Shown: in pieces, positions 35,395-45,251 of the stretch
Layout of the letters: every line of letters starts with the position of its first letter
How positions within the stretch are numbered: the stretch's first letter is position 1
Assembly: GCA_016716715.1 (NCBI GenBank)
Contig: JADJVE010000019.1
Coordinates: forward strand, 27,083 to 91,082
Reading direction: 5' to 3'
Length of the DNA: 64,000 nucleotides
Source: Acidobacteriota bacterium
GTDB taxonomy: Bacteria > Acidobacteriota > Thermoanaerobaculia > UBA5066
Notes under the pieces: model-generated
Databases searched by the model: none
Seen by the model: only the letters and a program-made list of their open reading frames with translations
Told to the model about the DNA's origin: nothing
Made by a program: the position numbers and the translations under genes

Positions 35395-37081
35395 ATGATT
35401 CGGAAGGCCCTGATCCTCTCGGCAACCGTCGCGGCTGCGGCCCTGCTCGCAGCGCCCCCTGCGGACGCCCGCAGCGCGGAAGTCCGCCGCGCCCTCGGGT
35501 GCCCCTCGCAAACGCTGGGATCCGTGGATGTTCCGGTCGACGGAGCGACGGTCAGCGGTTACGTGGTCGTCAAGGGATATGCGCTGGACGGCAACCTGGT
35601 GTCCAACGTCGATGTCTACGTTGACGGCACCGACGACGCGAACCGCGTCACGACGGCCGGCGGCGCGAACATCAACCTGCCCCGCCCCGACATCCTCCAG
35701 GCCTTCCCGCAGTACGCCGGCACGCCGGGCCAGAACCCCGGGTGGCTGGCGTCCTTCAAGGCGTCCAACTACTCGAACGGGTCGCACACGATCTACGTCG
35801 GGATCACGGACACGTCCGGCTGCACGTACTTCCTCGCGCCCAAGGCGATCAAGATCGACAACGCGAAGAACCAGGCGCCGTTCGGAAACATGGACTTCCC
35901 GCTCCCGAACAGCTCCGTGTCCGCCAACGGCGTCCTCACGGTCGTGGGCTGGGCGCTCGACGACCGCAAGGTCGACCACGTCGACGTTCTCGTCGACGGG
36001 CTTCTCGAGCGGCAGGCCGTCACGGGCGTCTACCGTGCCGACGTCGCCGCGAACTTCCCGGACAATCCGGCCGCGATCGTCGCGGGCTTCATCCTGAACG
36101 TCGACTCCACGCGTTACCCGAACGGCGTCCACACGGTCAGCGTCCGCGCCGTCGACGACCAGGGCCAGCAGGGCTTCCTCGGGACGTCGCGCGTGCAGGT
36201 TTTCAACAACGCCCCGAACACCGGCCCCTTCGGCGAGGTCGAATTCCCGCTCCTGAACGCAAACTGGTTCGGGAACTGCTTCCCGGTGTCGCCGGGCGGC
36301 CCGTCCGGCGGCCCGACGGACATCGTCGACCCGCGCATCCTCATGTTCGTCAACGGCTGGGCCCTCGAGGCCTCGCTCGAGAACACGGGCGGCGTCTCGG
36401 AAGTGCGCGTCGCGCTGGACGGCGTGCCGATCAAGAACTCGCGCGTGAACTGCCACCGCGAATTTCTCCTCGCGAACGCCCTGATCGACTGCTACGGGTA
36501 CTACCGTCCCGACATCGAGGTCTTGTATCCGGGCTTCGCGCAGGCGCCGAACGTCGGCTTCCAGTTCTTCGTCGACGCCGGCTACCTCCTCACGCAGAAG
36601 GGCTTCCGGGAGGGAGCGCACATCCTCCAGGTGTCGGCCGTCGACAAGCGGAACACCGCCGTCCTTCTGAAGGAAGTTCCGATCACGATGGAGTGCGCGA
36701 CGGGCCAGCTCGACCCGCCGCCGCTCGGCACCATCGACGATCCGACGAACTACAAGTTCATCGGCGGCGTGTTCCCGGTCATCGGCTGGGCGCTCGACCT
36801 CGACGTCGTCGTGAAGGTCCGCATCCTGATCGATGGCGTGGCGCAGGTCGACGCGGTCACGGGCGTGGACCGGGCCGACTACGGCTACGCGAGCCCGGAC
36901 GTCGCGGCCTCGTACCCGTTCTACCCGCAGCGCGCGAACGCGCTTCCGCTTCTACCTCGACACGACGAAGATCTCGAACTCCGAGCACGACCTCCTCATC
37001 GAGGTCACGGACGCGCGGGGCAACGTGCGCTCGGCCGGCACGCGCCGCTTCATCGTGGACAACAACACGCTCGTCCGCTAA
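35395..37081 (+). CDS. secreted protein with four tandem Ig-like/beta-sandwich repeats, with a frameshift near 36935-36950
   Basis: Signal peptide MIRKALILSATVAAAALLAAPPADA. Four repeats of about 100 aa (P(F)G..DFP...V.GWALD...V..V.V.VDG....V.G..RAD). The last repeat finishes in the +1 frame (...RFRFYLDTTKISNSEHDLLIEVTDARGNVRSAGTRRFIVDNNTLVR*, track ORF 36833..37081). Confidence 0.55.
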
Positions 37082-37108
37082 GAACTTCTTCCTGGAAGGT
37101 AAGAGAAC
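37081..37108 (-). repeat. AT-rich mini-repeat copy (intergenic, reverse orientation)
   Basis: AGAACTTCTTCCTGGAAGGTAAGAGAACGG. Its reverse complement is CCGTTCTCTTACCTTCCAGGAAGAAGTTCT. Confidence 0.45.
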
Positions 37109-37110
37109 GG

Positions 37111-37140
37111 GGGCCCGGCGGTTGCCGGGCCTCTTCGTTT
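37111..37140 (+). terminator. rho-independent terminator-like hairpin after the Ig-like gene
   Basis: GGGCCCGGC-GGTT-GCCGGGCCT stem-loop followed by CTTCGTTT. Confidence 0.45.
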
Positions 37141-37156
37141 ATCCTCGCCGCTCGCC

Positions 37157-37663
37157 ATGCAGCCCGCCCAGAAGAAGTTCCTGATCCGGTTCGCGCTCTT
37201 CCTCGTGGGGCTCTACGCTCTCGTCGCGATTCAGCCCGTCAACGACGCCGTCGTGGTGCCGTTCACCGGGTTCCTCGTGAAGGTGTCGGCGGGGATCCTC
37301 CGCGCGGTCGGGGAGCCGGTCGTCACGCGCGGCACGGTGATCCAGTCGGCGCTCTTCGCCGTGGACGTCAAGAACGGCTGCAACGGAATCGAGGCGGCGC
37401 TCCTGCTCCTCGCCGCGATGCTCGCGTTCCCGGCTTCGGCGAAGGCGCGCGCTGCGGGCATCGCGACGGGCCTTCTCGCGATCCAGGTCGTGAACCTCTT
37501 CCGGATCGTGTCGCTGTTCTGGCTCGGCGCGCACCGGCGCGACGTGTTCGACCTGTTCCACGCGGCGATCTGGCAGACGCTGCTCATCCTGCTCGCGGTC
37601 GGGATCTTCCTCGTGTGGGGCCGGAAGCTCCGCGGCGGAGAGGGCGCTGAAGCTCGCGCTTAG
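37157..37663 (+). CDS. short exosortase/archaeosortase-family protein (168 aa)
   Basis: Polytopic. VKNGCNGIEAALLLLAA with the conserved Cys-Asn, and LGAHRRDVFDLFHAAIW with the conserved Arg, match the exosortase core. Confidence 0.45.
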   Translation: MQPAQKKFLIRFALFLVGLYALVAIQPVNDAVVVPFTGFLVKVSAGILRAVGEPVVTRGTVIQSALFAVDVKNGCNGIEAALLLLAAMLAFPASAKARAAGIATGLLAIQVVNLFRIVSLFWLGAHRRDVFDLFHAAIWQTLLILLAVGIFLVWGRKLRGGEGAEARA

Positions 37664-37670
37664 GGCCGCC

Positions 37671-38222
37671 TTGGGTTTCGCGCTCGGGCTCGGCCTCTGG
37701 CACGCCGGGACGCCCGCCTACGACCGCCTGCTCGTCGGGTTCGCCGAGCCTGTCGTGCGCCTGCTCGAGCGGCCGGCCGCGACGCGCCTCTACGCGGAGG
37801 GAACGCGCGTCGTGATCGACCGGGCCGACTTCACGTCCAGATCCGACCGGCCCGCGCTTCCGGCGGACGACCTCACGTTCGACGTCATCATCCTGCTGAC
37901 GCTCGCCGCCGCGACGCCCGGCCTCTTCCAGGACGACGCGATGAAGGGGCTCGGGATCTCGCTTCTCGTGCTCTTCGCCCTGCACGTCGCGGCGCTCGTC
38001 GCCGCCGTCGAGTCGTTCTACGCGATGAAGCTCGGCGCCTGGAGCACGGCGACCTACGGGCCCTTCGCGCGGAACTTCTGGGCCACCGCGTCGCACTTCT
38101 GGCGCCTCGCGGGCTGCTTCGCGGCGCCGTTCGTCCTCTGGTGGCTGCTGATCCGGCCCGCGGGCGCGCCGGAGTCTGGGCGAGTGCGGAAGAAGAGCCG
38201 GTGGAGAAGGCGCGAGAGATGA
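37671..38222 (+). CDS. hypothetical membrane protein downstream of the exosortase-like gene
   Basis: TTG start, 183 aa, 3-4 TM segments. No recognisable motif. Confidence 0.35.
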   Translation: MGFALGLGLWHAGTPAYDRLLVGFAEPVVRLLERPAATRLYAEGTRVVIDRADFTSRSDRPALPADDLTFDVIILLTLAAATPGLFQDDAMKGLGISLLVLFALHVAALVAAVESFYAMKLGAWSTATYGPFARNFWATASHFWRLAGCFAAPFVLWWLLIRPAGAPESGRVRKKSRWRRRER

Positions 38223-38238
38223 CAGCCGGCGAGGGCCG

Positions 38239-38499
38239 CTAGCGATAGACGTCGCGCCGATGGCCGACCTTCACGATCCAGACGACGAGCTCGCGGTCCG
38301 CGATCGAATAGAGGATTCGATAGCGCCCCTGGCGCACCCGGTAGCGGTCTTCGTAGCCAGCGAGCTTTTCGCTCCCGGGCGGACGAGGGTCTCTGGCCAG
38401 CGACGCGATCCTCGTGGCGCTACGCTCCCGGTCCTTTCGGGGGAGAGCCTCGAGCTCCTTCGCCGCGCTTTCCTTGAGGAAGATCCTATAAGAGCCCAC
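38239..38499 (-). CDS. type II toxin, RelE/ParE family
   Basis: 86 aa. ...YRVRQGRYRILYSIADRELVVWIVKVGHRRDVY is the RelE/ParE C-terminal signature. Overlaps the antitoxin by 14 nt. Confidence 0.8.
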   Translation of the reverse strand: MGSYRIFLKESAAKELEALPRKDRERSATRIASLARDPRPPGSEKLAGYEDRYRVRQGRYRILYSIADRELVVWIVKVGHRRDVYR

Positions 38500-38713
38500 G
38501 GCGCTTGAGGTCGCGAACGACCGCCTCGAACGGGATGGCTTTCTCCTTGCGGCGTTCGTCGAAAGCCTCGAGGTCCTCTGCGTCCTCGGAGAGTGCGAGC
38601 CGGACCGATTCGTTCACGACGTCCGAGATCGTCCTCTCGGACGCAGCGGCCTTCAACCGGAGGGCCTTGTGCACGGCAGGCTCGAAGTAGACGGTGGCGC
38701 GCTTCGCACCCAT
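38486..38713 (-). CDS. type II antitoxin (ribbon-helix-helix/CopG-like)
   Basis: 75 aa. N-terminal KRATVYFEPAVHKALRLKAAASERTISDVVNESVRLAL is an RHH fold. Confidence 0.75.
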   Translation of the reverse strand: MGAKRATVYFEPAVHKALRLKAAASERTISDVVNESVRLALSEDAEDLEAFDERRKEKAIPFEAVVRDLKRRGLL

Positions 38714-38724
38714 GGCCGAAGGTT

Positions 38725-38756
38725 AACGCTAAAACGTCATGACGTCAAAACGCTCA
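38725..38756. promoter_or_regulatory. palindromic operator-like element ACGTCATGACGT flanked by AAAACG repeats, just upstream of the toxin-antitoxin (TA) operon
   Basis: A perfect 12-nt palindrome at 38734..38745, 21 nt upstream of the antitoxin start. A likely RHH autoregulation site. Confidence 0.35.
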
Positions 38757-38761
38757 CGGGC

Positions 38762-40305
38762 TCGTTCCGTCAGGGCTTGACCGGACCCTTGATGTCGGAC
38801 TTCTTCGCGAGCTGCATCTGCTCGTGGGCCGTCGCGAGCTTCTCGGCGTCGGGGAAAAGGGTGAGCGCCTTCTTGAGCTGGACGTCGTTCTCGAGGCTGG
38901 CGCGGTAACCCGCGTCGCGCCCGAATTTCGCCGTCAGCATCTCCTCGCGGATCGCGTGGTCGACGACGAGGGGATCCTTCTCCTCGGCGTAGATCGCCTT
39001 GGAGCCCTCGCGGGGACCGTCGGGTGCTTCGCGAGGTAGTCGACGGCGAACTCGAAGAAGGGCCGCGCGCGTAGAGCGTCGTCGCGAAGCGCTGAGGGGG
39101 CGCCTTCACGAGGACGTCGGGCGTGATGCCGCCGCCGCCGTAGACCGTCCGGCCCGCCGTCGGTCTTGAAGGAGTCCTTCTTCTGGAGGCGCGTCGCGGG
39201 CGGGGTCTCGTCGGCGTCGCCGCCCTCCTCGTCCTCGGGCGCCAGGTACTCGAGGACGTCCTTTGTAGTCGCGCTGGATGCAGCGGCCGGAGGGGGTGTA
39301 GTACTTCGCCGAGGTGAGCGCCAGGCCGGCGCCGTCGGGGAGGGTGAAGACCGACTGGACGAGTCCCTTGCCCCAGGAAGTCTGGCCCACGATGAGCCCG
39401 CGGTCGTGGTCCTGGATGGCCCCGGCGACGATCTCCGAGGCGGAGGCCGACCCCTTGTTGACGAGGACGACGAGCGGGATGCGGGCCTGGTTGTTCTTGC
39501 CGGGCGCGGCGAAGCTCTGCTCCGAGCGGCGTTCCGGCCGCGGGTCATGACGACCTCTCGTTGCGCGAAAGGAAGAAGTCCGACACGGCGATCGCCTGGT
39601 CGAGCAGGCCGCCCGGGTTTCCGCGCAGGTCGAACACGAGCTTCTTCATCCCCTGCTTCTCGAGCCTGTCCCAGTCCCCGGCCACCTCGGGCGCCGACGT
39701 GTGGGTGAAGTCCTTCAGGCGGATGTAGCCGACCTCGGGCTCGAGCATGAAGGCATAGGAGACGGAGTTCGTCGGGATCTCGGCGCGGGTGACCGTCATC
39801 TGGAGGGGCTCGGTGAGGCCCGGCCGGACGATGGTGATGTTGACCTTCGTGCCCTTCGGGCCCTTGAGCTTCTTGACGACCGCGTCGACGGGGAGGTCGT
39901 CGATTGATTGGCCTTCGACCTTGTCGATGACGTCGCCCGCGCGGATGCCGAGGCGGTCGGCCGGCGAGCCCTCGACCGGCGTGATGACCGTGACCTTCCC
40001 GTTGCGCTTGCTGATGATGATTCCGAGCCCGTAGAACGACCCGCGCTGCTTCTCCTGCATCGACGCTGTATTCCTCGGGCTCGAGGAAGTTCGTGTGCGG
40101 GTCGAGCGTGGAGAGCATCCCCTGGATCGACGAGTAGACGAGCTTGTCGGCGGCCACGTCGTCGGCGTACCAGGCGCGTGCCGTGGCGAGCAGGTCGGAG
40201 TACTCCTTGAACCGGGCTCGAGGCGTCCGAGCCGGCGAACAGCGCCCCCCGCGGCGCTGCCGAGGACGGTGACGGCGAGGAGGAACGGGACGGCGGCGGC
40301 TTCAC
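38762..40305 (-). pseudogene. ctpA: C-terminal processing (tail-specific, S41) peptidase ctpA disrupted by at least five frameshifts
   Basis: Recognisable segments lie in different frames: signal peptide AAAVPFLLAVTVLGSAAGG; FKEYSDLLATARAWYADDVAADKLVYSSIQGMLSTLDPHTNFLEPEEY; PDZ segment GLGIIISKRNGKVTVITPVEGSPADRLGIRAGDVI...FDLRGNPGG; [41 protein letters not shown]; and C-terminus ...KGPVKP*. Several joins sit at homopolymers (AA, CCCCCC). Confidence 0.7.
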
Positions 40306-40479
40306 CCCGGGAGGGGAGGACGGTTGGAAGGCATGGTCACGGAGGCCTTAACCTTACACGGTGAAGGGTTCCTCCCGGACGCAATGAGACTAGCACGCGG
40401 GGCGGTCCGCCGCCTTGAGGGGCTTCGACAGGGGCGAGGACGCGGCGGACCATCGGCCGGCGGAGGAGCACGCAGGATC

Positions 40480-40902
40480 ATGGGAAACCTCGGAATGCCG
40501 GAGATGATCTTCATCCTCGTTCTGGCGCTGCTTCTGTTCGGCCCCAAGAAGCTCCCCGAGATCGGAAAGCAGGTCGGCAAGGCGCTCGGCGAGTTCAAGC
40601 GCGCCTCGAACGACCTCAAGCGCACGATCGAGGACGAGATGGAGAAGGCGACGCTCCGAGGGGGCGCGGAAGACCGAGGATCGGCCGGGCCGAAGACCGA
40701 GGGAGGCCGCCCCCGGCGCTCGCCGCCCGGCCGACGGGACGATCTTCCCGCCCGTCCGAGACGACGAAGACGCTGCCGCGCCGTGCCGACTCCCTTGGAC
40801 GCGACGCCTCGGAGGAGCACGACGACGACCTGCCCCGGATGTCCTTCCTCGAGCACCTCGAGGAGCTTCGCGCCCGGCTTTTCGCCTCCGCCCTCGCCAT
40901 AG
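40480..40902 (+). CDS. tatA: twin-arginine translocase TatA/E (3' end uncertain)
   Basis: MGNLGMPEMIFILVLALLLFGPKKLPEIGKQVGKALGEFKRA is a TatA TM helix plus amphipathic helix. The frame runs on to 40902, overlapping tatC. The true stop may be hidden by an indel. Confidence 0.65.
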   Translation: MGNLGMPEMIFILVLALLLFGPKKLPEIGKQVGKALGEFKRASNDLKRTIEDEMEKATLRGGAEDRGSAGPKTEGGRPRRSPPGRRDDLPARPRRRRRCRAVPTPLDATPRRSTTTTCPGCPSSSTSRSFAPGFSPPPSP

Positions 40903-41573
40903 CCGTCGGCTTCTTCCTCTGCTGGTGGAAGGCGAAGGAGATCTTCCACTGGCTCTCCGTTCCCATCCTGGACGCGCTTCCGGCCGGTGACAAGAAGCTG
41001 GTCTTCACCGAGCTGACCGAGCCGTTCATGATCTACATCAACGTCGCCCTCCTCGCGGGCGTGTTCGTCGCGAGCCCGGTGCTCCTCTACCAGGTGTGGC
41101 TCTTCGTGGCTCCCGGGCTCTACAAGCACGAACGGCGCTGGGTGTGGCCGTTCGTCGTGGTGTCGGCGCTCTTCTTCGTGACGGGCGGCTATTTCGGCTA
41201 CGCCGTCGGCTTTCCGATGGTCGCGAAGTTCCTGGTCCAGACGGGCGAGGACTTCCTGCCGATGATCAAGATTGACGACTACCTCGATTTCACATCGAAG
41301 ATTCTCCTCGGCATGGGGCTCGTCTTCGAGACGCCGATCCTCGTCTTCTTCCTGGCGCGGATGGGCGTCGTCACCGAGCGGTGGCTGCTCGCGAAGTTCC
41401 GCTACGCCGTCCTCGTCATCTTCATCATCTCGGCGCTGATCACGCCGACGCCCGACATCCCGACCCAGTGCGCGTTCGCGCTCCCGATGTGCGCGCTCTA
41501 CCTCCTCGGTGTCGGCATGGCGTGGGTCTTCAAGAAACGCGACCCGAAGGCCGCGTCGAAGACGGAATCCTGA
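40839..41573 (+). CDS. tatC: twin-arginine translocase subunit TatC
   Basis: MSFLEHLEELRARL, then six TM segments with FTEPF and GLVFETP motifs. Confidence 0.85.
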   Translation: MSFLEHLEELRARLFASALAIAVGFFLCWWKAKEIFHWLSVPILDALPAGDKKLVFTELTEPFMIYINVALLAGVFVASPVLLYQVWLFVAPGLYKHERRWVWPFVVVSALFFVTGGYFGYAVGFPMVAKFLVQTGEDFLPMIKIDDYLDFTSKILLGMGLVFETPILVFFLARMGVVTERWLLAKFRYAVLVIFIISALITPTPDIPTQCAFALPMCALYLLGVGMAWVFKKRDPKAASKTES

Positions 41574-41596
41574 CGAGACTCATTCGCTGAGGTATC

Positions 41597-42982
41597 GTGC
41601 GCGCGGTGCGTGAGAAGCTGACCAGGGTCTTCAAGGCCTTCACGTACCGGGACTTCCGCCTCTTTGTGGGCGGGCTCTCGTTCACGTCGAGCATCGGGAC
41701 GTGGATGCAGTCGGTCGCCCAGGCGCTGCTCCTGACGATCTCGGGAAACCCGCAATACCTCGCCTGGGCCGACGCTCTTCAGCAGGCGCCGTTCCTCGCC
41801 CTCTCGCTCGTCGGCGGCGTTCTCGCCGACCGGATGGACCGCCGGCGGATCCTCCTCCTCTCGCAGGTCGTCCAGCTTTCCTCGGCGTTCCTGCTCGCGT
41901 TCCTCGTTTACACGAATCACGTCGAGATCTGGATGATCCTCGCCCTGTCGCTGATTGTCGGCGTCGCGATGTCCTTCGGAGGTCCGGCCTACCAGGCGCT
42001 CGTCCCGACGCTGGTCGACCGGGAGGACGTCCCGAATGCGGTCGCCCTGAACTCGATCCAGTTCAACCTCGCCCGCGTCATCGGCCCGGTCCTCGCGGGT
42101 GCGGCGTTCGCGACCCTCGGCGCGGCGGCGTGCTTCGGGCTGAACGGCCTCTCGTTCTTTGCCGTCATCCTCGCGCTCCTCGCTCTCAGGCGCGGGGCGC
42201 CGACCGGAACGGCCAGCGGCAGCGTGATGGAGAACCTGAAGGCGGGCCTCGCAGCCGCGCACGCGGACCGCGCCCTTCGCGGCCTCATCGCCCTTTCCTT
42301 CATCGGCAGCATCTGCGCGTTCCCACTCCTCACGTTCCTGCCCGTCTTCGCGAAGGACGTCTTCAAGGGCGACGTCAAGGTCCTGAGCTATTTTCTCGCC
42401 GTCTTCGGTCTCGGGGCGGTGGTCGGCGCGGTCGGCACGGCAGGCTTCGGACACGTCAAGCGTCGCGGCGCCGTGGCGGTCGCGATGCAGATGACGCTCG
42501 GCGCCCTCATGATCGGGTTCGCCCTCTCGCGAACGAAGTGGCTCTCGTTCGGCCTGCTCTTTTTCGCGGGCGCGGCGCTCATGATCGTCTTCGCGATGTT
42601 CATGACGCTCGTCCAGACGAACGTGGACGACGCGCTGCGCGGCCGGGTCGTGAGCGTCTACTCGCTCGCGTTCCGCGGGGCGATGCCGCTCGGCAGCGTC
42701 ATCGCGGGCTTCCTCGTCGGCATCATGCCGACGCCCTGGGTTCTCGCGGGGAACGGGCTTCTGCTCATGCTGGTCGGGGCGACCGTGTTCCTCCGGAACC
42801 ATCCCAAGTGTTCCGAACCTCTGAGCCGTCCCCCTAGGGCCACGTCCGCCAGTCGGTCGTCTCCATCTCGAGGGCGACGGCGCGCTTGCCGCGCCGCATG
42901 TTCAGGAACACGCGCTTCGGCACCCAGATCGGCGCGACGTCGGCGCGCACCTGCGGGAGCGGCTCGAACGTGGCGCGGATGA
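41597..42982 (+). CDS. MFS transporter (3' end probably near 42830, with read-through into the antisense of the next gene)
   Basis: 12-TM MFS topology with DRMDRRRILLLSQ and LNGLSFF motifs. The C-terminal 50 aa are Arg/Pro/Ser-rich shadow sequence. Confidence 0.65.
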   Translation: MRAVREKLTRVFKAFTYRDFRLFVGGLSFTSSIGTWMQSVAQALLLTISGNPQYLAWADALQQAPFLALSLVGGVLADRMDRRRILLLSQVVQLSSAFLLAFLVYTNHVEIWMILALSLIVGVAMSFGGPAYQALVPTLVDREDVPNAVALNSIQFNLARVIGPVLAGAAFATLGAAACFGLNGLSFFAVILALLALRRGAPTGTASGSVMENLKAGLAAAHADRALRGLIALSFIGSICAFPLLTFLPVFAKDVFKGDVKVLSYFLAVFGLGAVVGAVGTAGFGHVKRRGAVAVAMQMTLGALMIGFALSRTKWLSFGLLFFAGAALMIVFAMFMTLVQTNVDDALRGRVVSVYSLAFRGAMPLGSVIAGFLVGIMPTPWVLAGNGLLLMLVGATVFLRNHPKCSEPLSRPPRATSASRSSPSRGRRRACRAACSGTRASAPRSARRRRAPAGAARTWRG

Positions 42983-43559
42983 AGGCGATGTCCAGGATGC
43001 GCGGGTCGACCGTCGTCTTGACCTCGAGGTAGGCGGCCGTCTTGGTCTTCGGGTCGAAGAAGAGGACGGCGTCGTCCAGCGGGCGGCCGAGGCCGCGGCC
43101 GTGCATGCGCACGAGGCCCGGGTGGTCGGCTTCGGGGGGGAGGACCTCGGCGTTCTTGGCCCACTCGGCGACGCGCTCGGGGGAGAGGCGCGCGTAGTAC
43201 TGCATGAGGTCCTGCGCGATCTCCGAGAGGCGCTCCTCCTCGGTGCCCGTCGTCGGGGCGTAGACCCGCGCCCGGGGGTCGTTCTCGGCGAACGGCGTCG
43301 GCTCGGCAGGCTTGTCGAACTTGACCGTCTTCTTGACGAGGCCGCCGTCGGGCCCGAGGTGGACGTCCTCGACCTTCAACATCCGGATCGTCCCGTCCAC
43401 CTTCATCTCGGTCTTGAGGCGCCACTGGTAGTTCGAGAGGCGCTCGCGCTCGCGCCGGAGGCCCGGTCCGACGTCCAGCTTGGACGGCGTGGGGTCTTGC
43501 GCGGCGAGGGGCAACGCGATCAGAGTGGCGAGGAAGAATACGGAGGTCCGGAACCGCAT
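42834..43559 (-). CDS. secreted hypothetical protein
   Basis: Start MRFRTSVFFLATLIALPLAAQ (signal peptide). 241 aa. Confidence 0.5.
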   Translation of the reverse strand: MRFRTSVFFLATLIALPLAAQDPTPSKLDVGPGLRRERERLSNYQWRLKTEMKVDGTIRMLKVEDVHLGPDGGLVKKTVKFDKPAEPTPFAENDPRARVYAPTTGTEEERLSEIAQDLMQYYARLSPERVAEWAKNAEVLPPEADHPGLVRMHGRGLGRPLDDAVLFFDPKTKTAAYLEVKTTVDPRILDIAFIRATFEPLPQVRADVAPIWVPKRVFLNMRRGKRAVALEMETTDWRTWP

Positions 43560-43596
43560 CACGCGGGCATGGTGCCACACCTCCGACGGGGGACCC

Positions 43597-44715
43597 ATGA
43601 GGTTCGAGACGCTGGCGGTTCACGCGGGACGGAAACAGGAAGCGGGGACGGGCTCCGTCGCGCCTCCGATCTATCTCTCGACGACGTTCGAGCGCGGCGA
43701 GACGGGCGTCCCGCTGGGCGGCCACACGTACATCCGCGAGTCGAATCCCATGCAGACGCTCCTCGAGGACGCCCTCGCGCCCCTCGAGGGCGGCGAAGCC
43801 GCGCTCGTCCTCGGCTCGGGGATGGCGGCCGGGGTCGCCGTGTTCCAGGCGCTCCCGCGCGGCGCGCACGTCCTCCTCCCGGACGACGCGTACTACGGCT
43901 GGCGCGAGGTCGGGGAGGAGTTCTTTCCGGCGTGGGGTCTCACCGCCTCGTTCTGCGCGATGGACGACCTCGCGGCGGTCGCGAAGGCGATCCGGCCGGA
44001 GACGAAGCTGGTCCTCGTGGAGTCGCCGTCCAACCCCCTCATGAAGGTGGCCGATCTCGAGGCGATCGCGGCGCTCGCGAAAAAGGCGGGAGCGTTCACG
44101 CTCGTCGACAACACGTTCGCGACGCCCGCGCTGCAGCGGCCGCTCGACCTCGGGGCCGACGTCGCGCTCCACTCCGCGACGAAGTACTTCGGCGGCCACA
44201 GCGACGTGCAGGGGGGCGCGCTCGTCTTCCGCCGGAAGGACGACGTCTTCGCGAAGGTCGCGCACGTGCGGCATCTCCTCGGCGCGGTGCTCGCGCCGTT
44301 CAACGCCTGGCTCGTCCTGCGCGGGCTGCGCTCCCTTGCCGTGCGGATGAACGCGCACAGCGCGAACGCCCTCGCGGTCGCGCGCGCCCTCGAGGCGCAC
44401 CCGAGGGTCGCGCGCGTGAACTACCCGGGCCTCGCGTCCCACCCCGGCCACGCCGTTGCGGCGAAGCAGATGTCGGGCTTCGGCGGGATGCTGTCCTTCC
44501 ACGTGAAGGGCGGGCGTGACGCCGCGATCGCCGCCGCCGGACGCGTGAGGCTCTTCGTCCGCGCGACGTCGCTGGGCTGCGTCGAAAGCCTCCTCGAGCA
44601 CCGCGCGACGAGCGAGGGGCCGGCGTCGACGACGCCGCAGGACCTCCTGCGCGTCTCCGTCGGCCTCGAGCATCCCGACGACCTGATCGCGGACCTGAAT
44701 CAGGCGCTCGGCTGA
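43597..44715 (+). CDS. cystathionine gamma-synthase/beta-lyase family PLP enzyme (trans-sulfuration)
   Basis: MRFETLAVHAG..., LVDNTFATP, and HSATKYFGGHSDVQGG with the PLP lysine. Confidence 0.8.
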   Translation: MRFETLAVHAGRKQEAGTGSVAPPIYLSTTFERGETGVPLGGHTYIRESNPMQTLLEDALAPLEGGEAALVLGSGMAAGVAVFQALPRGAHVLLPDDAYYGWREVGEEFFPAWGLTASFCAMDDLAAVAKAIRPETKLVLVESPSNPLMKVADLEAIAALAKKAGAFTLVDNTFATPALQRPLDLGADVALHSATKYFGGHSDVQGGALVFRRKDDVFAKVAHVRHLLGAVLAPFNAWLVLRGLRSLAVRMNAHSANALAVARALEAHPRVARVNYPGLASHPGHAVAAKQMSGFGGMLSFHVKGGRDAAIAAAGRVRLFVRATSLGCVESLLEHRATSEGPASTTPQDLLRVSVGLEHPDDLIADLNQALG

Positions 44716-45251
44716 ATCGGAGGGAGCTCCGCGAACATCGCCGCCAGTGCGTCCTGAACGCGGCGCGGCGCCCCGGCGGCGCGCTCGCGCGCGTCGCGCC
44801 TGAGCCGGGAGCCGTCCGGGCCAAGGAGCAGAAGCCGGGCGTCGATGAGGTCGATCGGGCCTCCCGCGTCGACCTTCAGGAGCACCAGGTCCGGCGCATC
44901 CACGACCGGAATCGACTCGCCTCCGAGTGAGAGCGTCAAGCGCCTGGAGAGCACGTCGTCGAGCCAGCGTTCGCGCCCGACGACGAGGTCGACGTCCGGC
45001 TCGGGTTCGCGGCGCAGCCGAACGACTCCGAGAAGGGGGTCGTCCGGATCACCGCGATGGATCGTCACGCCGATTCCCTTGACGGCGAACCCGTCCCACG
45101 ACTCCTTTCGAAGAAATCCCGGATCCGTTCCGAGAAGGTCGGCGTCGCGCGTGGCGCGCAGGACACCATGCGCCGCGAGCGCAAGGCCCCCTATCAGCGC
45201 GACCGGCGCACGCGCGGCGGCCGCGTCCACGACTTCCTTGAGGAGGGTCAT
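44700..45251 (-). CDS. nucleotidyltransferase-fold protein (AbiEii/MNT-like)
   Basis: VALIGGLALAAHGVLRATRDADLLG fits the GG(S/T)AL...R.T.D.D minimal NTase motif. Its start overlaps the stop of the upstream small ORF (ATGA). Confidence 0.45.
   Translation of the reverse strand: MTLLKEVVDAAAARAPVALIGGLALAAHGVLRATRDADLLGTDPGFLRKESWDGFAVKGIGVTIHRGDPDDPLLGVVRLRREPEPDVDLVVGRERWLDDVLSRRLTLSLGGESIPVVDAPDLVLLKVDAGGPIDLIDARLLLLGPDGSRLRRDARERAAGAPRRVQDALAAMFAELPPIQPSA

Noticed and set aside
38729-39109. Track ORF 38729..39109 as a separate gene
   Set aside because: Only its 3' third is in the true ctpA frame (...AHEQMQLAKKSDIKGPVKP*). The rest is out-of-frame reading through the frame-shifted peptidase.
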